The translations under genes and the position numbers were made by a program. A model generated the notes under the pieces. The model searched no databases. It saw only the letters and a list, made by a program, of their open reading frames with translations, and was not told the origin of the DNA. A DNA stretch of 63,599 nucleotides, filler included, from Asterionella formosa (Eukaryota): NCBI GenBank assembly GCA_002256025.1. It is 6 parts of 6 records of this genome, joined end to end, with 100 filler letters (N's around TTAATTAATTAA, not from the genome) between each part and the next. Parts side by side here need not be neighbours in the genome. Positions count along the whole stretch, not along the records: positions 53,096 to 63,599 come from NKIB01009435.1; 5 more parts are not named here. One strand, 5' to 3'. Numbering within the stretch: the stretch's first letter is position 1; every line of letters begins with the position of its first letter. Below, in pieces: positions 60,833 to 63,599 of the stretch.

Positions 60833-61600
60833 GGCGCTGCACCAATTATCAATCTATGTCGCAAACAAAGTACTACATCTTACAATACAACTGAGGCTGA
60901 ATTAGATGCTGCTACCACATTGTCTAAACATGTTTTATGGCTCCTCCGCATCTATATGGAAGATATTTCTCTGCCATACCACGCCCCAGTCCCCATAGGT
61001 GAAGATAATTCTGCTGCCCAAATTATTGCTCATGCAGGGAAACTTACACGCAATGTTCGTCATATTGCCACTAAAATGCAGACTCTCCAAGAACATGTCC
61101 GTCATGCCCATGTATCATTTCACCGTTTTTCATCTACTTGCAATCTAGCTGATCACTTCACTAAGGCATTACCTTTTGCAACTTTGCGTGCACACTGCAT
61201 GACTATGATGGGATATGCTTTTATTGATCATCTTCATCAGGCCCTTGTTCATTCACTTGATTCCTTTCCACCCGTGCTCTGACAACTGCTGATTTCTTTC
61301 TCTTTTCTATCTCCATTCTTGATGAGATGGGGGGGGAGGGATGATATAAATCACTAGTTTGTCCATCATGTATTTCTGTATGTCAGTCACTGATGGTTGC
61401 CTCTACCCGTGTTGCTGTTCTTCTATGATTGTATCTAGTTACTTTACTATAATCACTCTTTTTAACATATCCCTTACAAACTCCTATTGAGCTTGTCAGG
61501 TTCGTTCATTGACTCACCCTACTCTCCTCCTCCTCCTCCTCCTCCTCCTCCTCCTTTGTCCTTGTTGTTGTTCACTATCCTATCCTCTTTCACAACAACA
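60833..61600 (+). mobile_element. Second Ty1/copia 3' end: RNase H (to 61282), PPT (~61323-61341), putative 3' LTR (61342-~61600)
   Basis: RKQ..TTEAELDA..IGEDNSAA..RHIATK..NLADHFTKAL, then GAGATGGGGGGGGAGGGA, then TGAT...AACA. The LTR contains a (CTC)n microsatellite. Confidence 0.8.
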
Positions 61601-61885
61601 TGGACTTTGGTTGATTGCTGTGACAAGCGATCATCGCTTCATACAAATGATCACAACCATAGCTAGCAATGAGAAAGGTGAGCCGTGGCAAACTGTAGAC
61701 CTATCATATGGTTTCGCAATATTTAATGACAAGGACAAGGAAAAGTTCATGCCGACAAGATTGAATGTCACACTGGTGGTACCTGGTACCTATGTACTCA
61801 TATGTATGTATGCGCATCCATCAGGTCCCAGGTCCCATATGTACCGGTATTGGTACTACCGGTAGTCTACCATTTATGAAACGCG

Positions 61886-62148
61886 TCTGAGAGTGACCAT
61901 CATGTTGTCAGGAACCTGGTACCTGGTACCTGGTACCTGGTACCAGGTACCCTGTATAATACAAGTAATAATATCCATATGTATCCATAATATCCATCCA
62001 ACCCGCACGTATCTACCAATACCAGTTTATCATTTATGCAGACACTGTATATCATGTTCATCTATTGGTACCTGGCACTAAATGGTACTCCTACTTTCTC
62101 ATTTCACACATCAGGCTATGTACGTCTGAGGATTTAGGCCAGGTTTCA
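61886..62148. repeat. Interspersed repeat B, copy 2, with inverted core and (TACCWGG)5 array (61914-61950)
   Basis: Same flanks as 60644-60832. The core 61947-62062 matches the reverse complement of 60670-60759. Confidence 0.85.
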
Positions 62149-62233
62149 AAATGCTGGCGAGAAATGAAACTTCATGAAATCTGCTCACAATTTCTTAAGT
62201 TGCATAACCAGTATCTTAGGCCAATTGTCTGAA

Positions 62234-63599
62234 ATGACAATTAACGACATCCTTCCTTTAAGCAGTGCCGGAGCAGATGCTCCATGGCTCGACCACTGCC
62301 CTTGTCCGCATGACGAACAGCGATATCTCGCGACTGTTGCTCCAGCAAAGACCACAGGCGAACTTTGGGAAATTCTAGTTGTATCGATCACCGTGTTCTT
62401 TATGTTTGCTATCCTTTTGTCCGACAGAATTGGAGCTGATTGGGTCATGATCGCCGGATTGACCATCTTTATGGCTTGCCAGATCATTACCATATCCGAA
62501 GGACTCGGCGGCTTCTCCAACGAAGGGATCTTGACAGTGCTTGTTTTGTTTGTTGTTGCGGAAGGCATTAGTCGCACAGGAGCTCTCGATTGGTACATGG
62601 GAAAAGTGCTTGGACACCCCAAGTCGATTGCTGGCGCTCAGATCCGACTCATGGTTCCTATCGCCACCTTGTCTGCTTTTTTGAACAACACACCCATCGT
62701 AGCTGTCATGATTCCAATTACCCTTCGTTGGGCAAGAAATATCGGCGTTCCTCGGCAGCAGTTGATGATTCCGCTCTCCTTTGCTACTATTTTAGGAGGG
62801 ACATGTACGTTGATTGGTACATCGACCAACCTTGTAGTTTCGGGTTTGTTACTCAAGTATTATCCAAAGGAACCAAAAATCGGCCTATTTGATTTGGGAG
62901 TTTATGGTGTCCCTGTTGCGATTTTTGGTTTGTCGTACATTATGCTTGCTGCTCCATTCTCCCTGCCTGGGGGTCGGGCCTCCAAGAATCATGCATTGGA
63001 TCCACTCACGGACGCCGATGAGCTCTTGTTGGGAGCAAGGTTGACACCATGGTCACCTGCGGCAGGACGAACTGTCAAGCGCTCTGGCTTGAGAGACTCT
63101 GGTGGCATCTATCTCGTCAGTGTACATCGTGCTTCGACTGGAAATGTCCATCATGCCGTCAGTCCAGATTTTGTCCTGTCTGTTGGAGACATCGTGTACT
63201 TCACCGGGCTCATCGAAGAGTTTGGAGAATTCTGTGAGGAGCATGGTCTTGAAGTTGTGACGAATGAAGTGAAGGACGATCTACAGTTGCAATCTTCTGA
63301 AGTTGCTGACGATTTTCCTGTTGAAGTCGGTGTCACGAAAGAGTCAATGATTGAGTATGATGAATCAGAGCGTCAGAGAAGTATCAATAAGATCACCGAC
63401 CAAATCAGGGAGCGCACTCCTTCTGCGGCCAGCGAGACAGGGACAAGTCCTTCTAAAATTGTTGTCGTTTCGGATAGTCACGATCGCGCATTCGTTGTTG
63501 GAGTTGATGCTCCAGATCGTCCAGGATTGCTCTTGGACATCTCGAAGGGCTTGCTTCGTCTCAATTTACAGGTGCGACACACTGAGGCAAAAGTTTTGG
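62234..63599 (+). CDS. SLC13/CitMHS-family Na+/sulfate (SLT/SAC1-like) transporter with TrkA-C-like and ACT domains; 3'-truncated
   Basis: Not in the ORF track because there is no stop. Manual translation: GFSNEGILTVLVLFVVAEGISRTG..LSAFLNNTPIV..LMIPLSFATILGGTCTLIGTSTNLVV..SGLRDSGGIYLVSVHR..VGVDAPDRPGLLLDISKGL. Confidence 0.9.
   Translation, partial: MTINDILPLSSAGADAPWLDHCPCPHDEQRYLATVAPAKTTGELWEILVVSITVFFMFAILLSDRIGADWVMIAGLTIFMACQIITISEGLGGFSNEGILTVLVLFVVAEGISRTGALDWYMGKVLGHPKSIAGAQIRLMVPIATLSAFLNNTPIVAVMIPITLRWARNIGVPRQQLMIPLSFATILGGTCTLIGTSTNLVVSGLLLKYYPKEPKIGLFDLGVYGVPVAIFGLSYIMLAAPFSLPGGRASKNHALDPLTDADELLLGARLTPWSPAAGRTVKRSGLRDSGGIYLVSVHRASTGNVHHAVSPDFVLSVGDIVYFTGLIEEFGEFCEEHGLEVVTNEVKDDLQLQSSEVADDFPVEVGVTKESMIEYDESERQRSINKITDQIRERTPSAASETGTSPSKIVVVSDSHDRAFVVGVDAPDRPGLLLDISKGLLRLNLQVRHTEAKVL

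Noticed and set aside
61914..61950. (TACCTGG)n as telomeric repeat or bacterial Dcm/KpnI site cluster
   Set aside because: The arrays are short, internal and of mixed orientation in a eukaryotic context. Related motifs are visible as TA-site insertions in paralogue comparisons.

Overview
This is eukaryotic, almost certainly diatom, nuclear DNA, judged from ASAF-type bipartite plastid presequences, CoDi-like Ty1/copia relics and mostly intron-less genes. It is not one locus. Six unlinked ~10.5-kb scaffolds (1-10525, 10626-21148, 21249-31770, 31871-42384, 42485-52995, 53096-63599; lengths strictly descending) are joined by artificial N44-TTAATTAATTAA-N44 linkers. Genes: Pex14_N-PUB fusion, large TPR protein with STAND-like helical remnants, 2OG-Fe(II) oxygenase, mucin-like TM-PDZ protein, ARM-LRR-CHAT-STAND NTPase, ARM-repeat protein, plastid-targeted LMF, GH72, HSP20 (partial), mitochondrial ClpB/Hsp78, plastid-targeted HDAC-family protein and an SLC13/SLT transporter with an ACT domain. 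Mobile DNA: a gypsy 3' end plus solo LTRs, three copia relics, a tyrosine-recombinase element, MITEs, a Harbinger-like fragment and captured AspRS/PP2C 3' fragments. Two signals stand out. (1) Intergenic DNA is full of TA-CCWGG-TA / TA-CCGG-TA / TA-CCSGG-TA motifs and arrays. Paralogous repeats in the window show TA-CCGG-TA and TA-CCGGG-TA as insertions at a single TA; all are probably Tc1/mariner-type excision footprints. They also serve as gypsy target sites and sit at an inversion breakpoint. (2) An NLR-like protein has an inverted architecture and a caspase-family CHAT protease.
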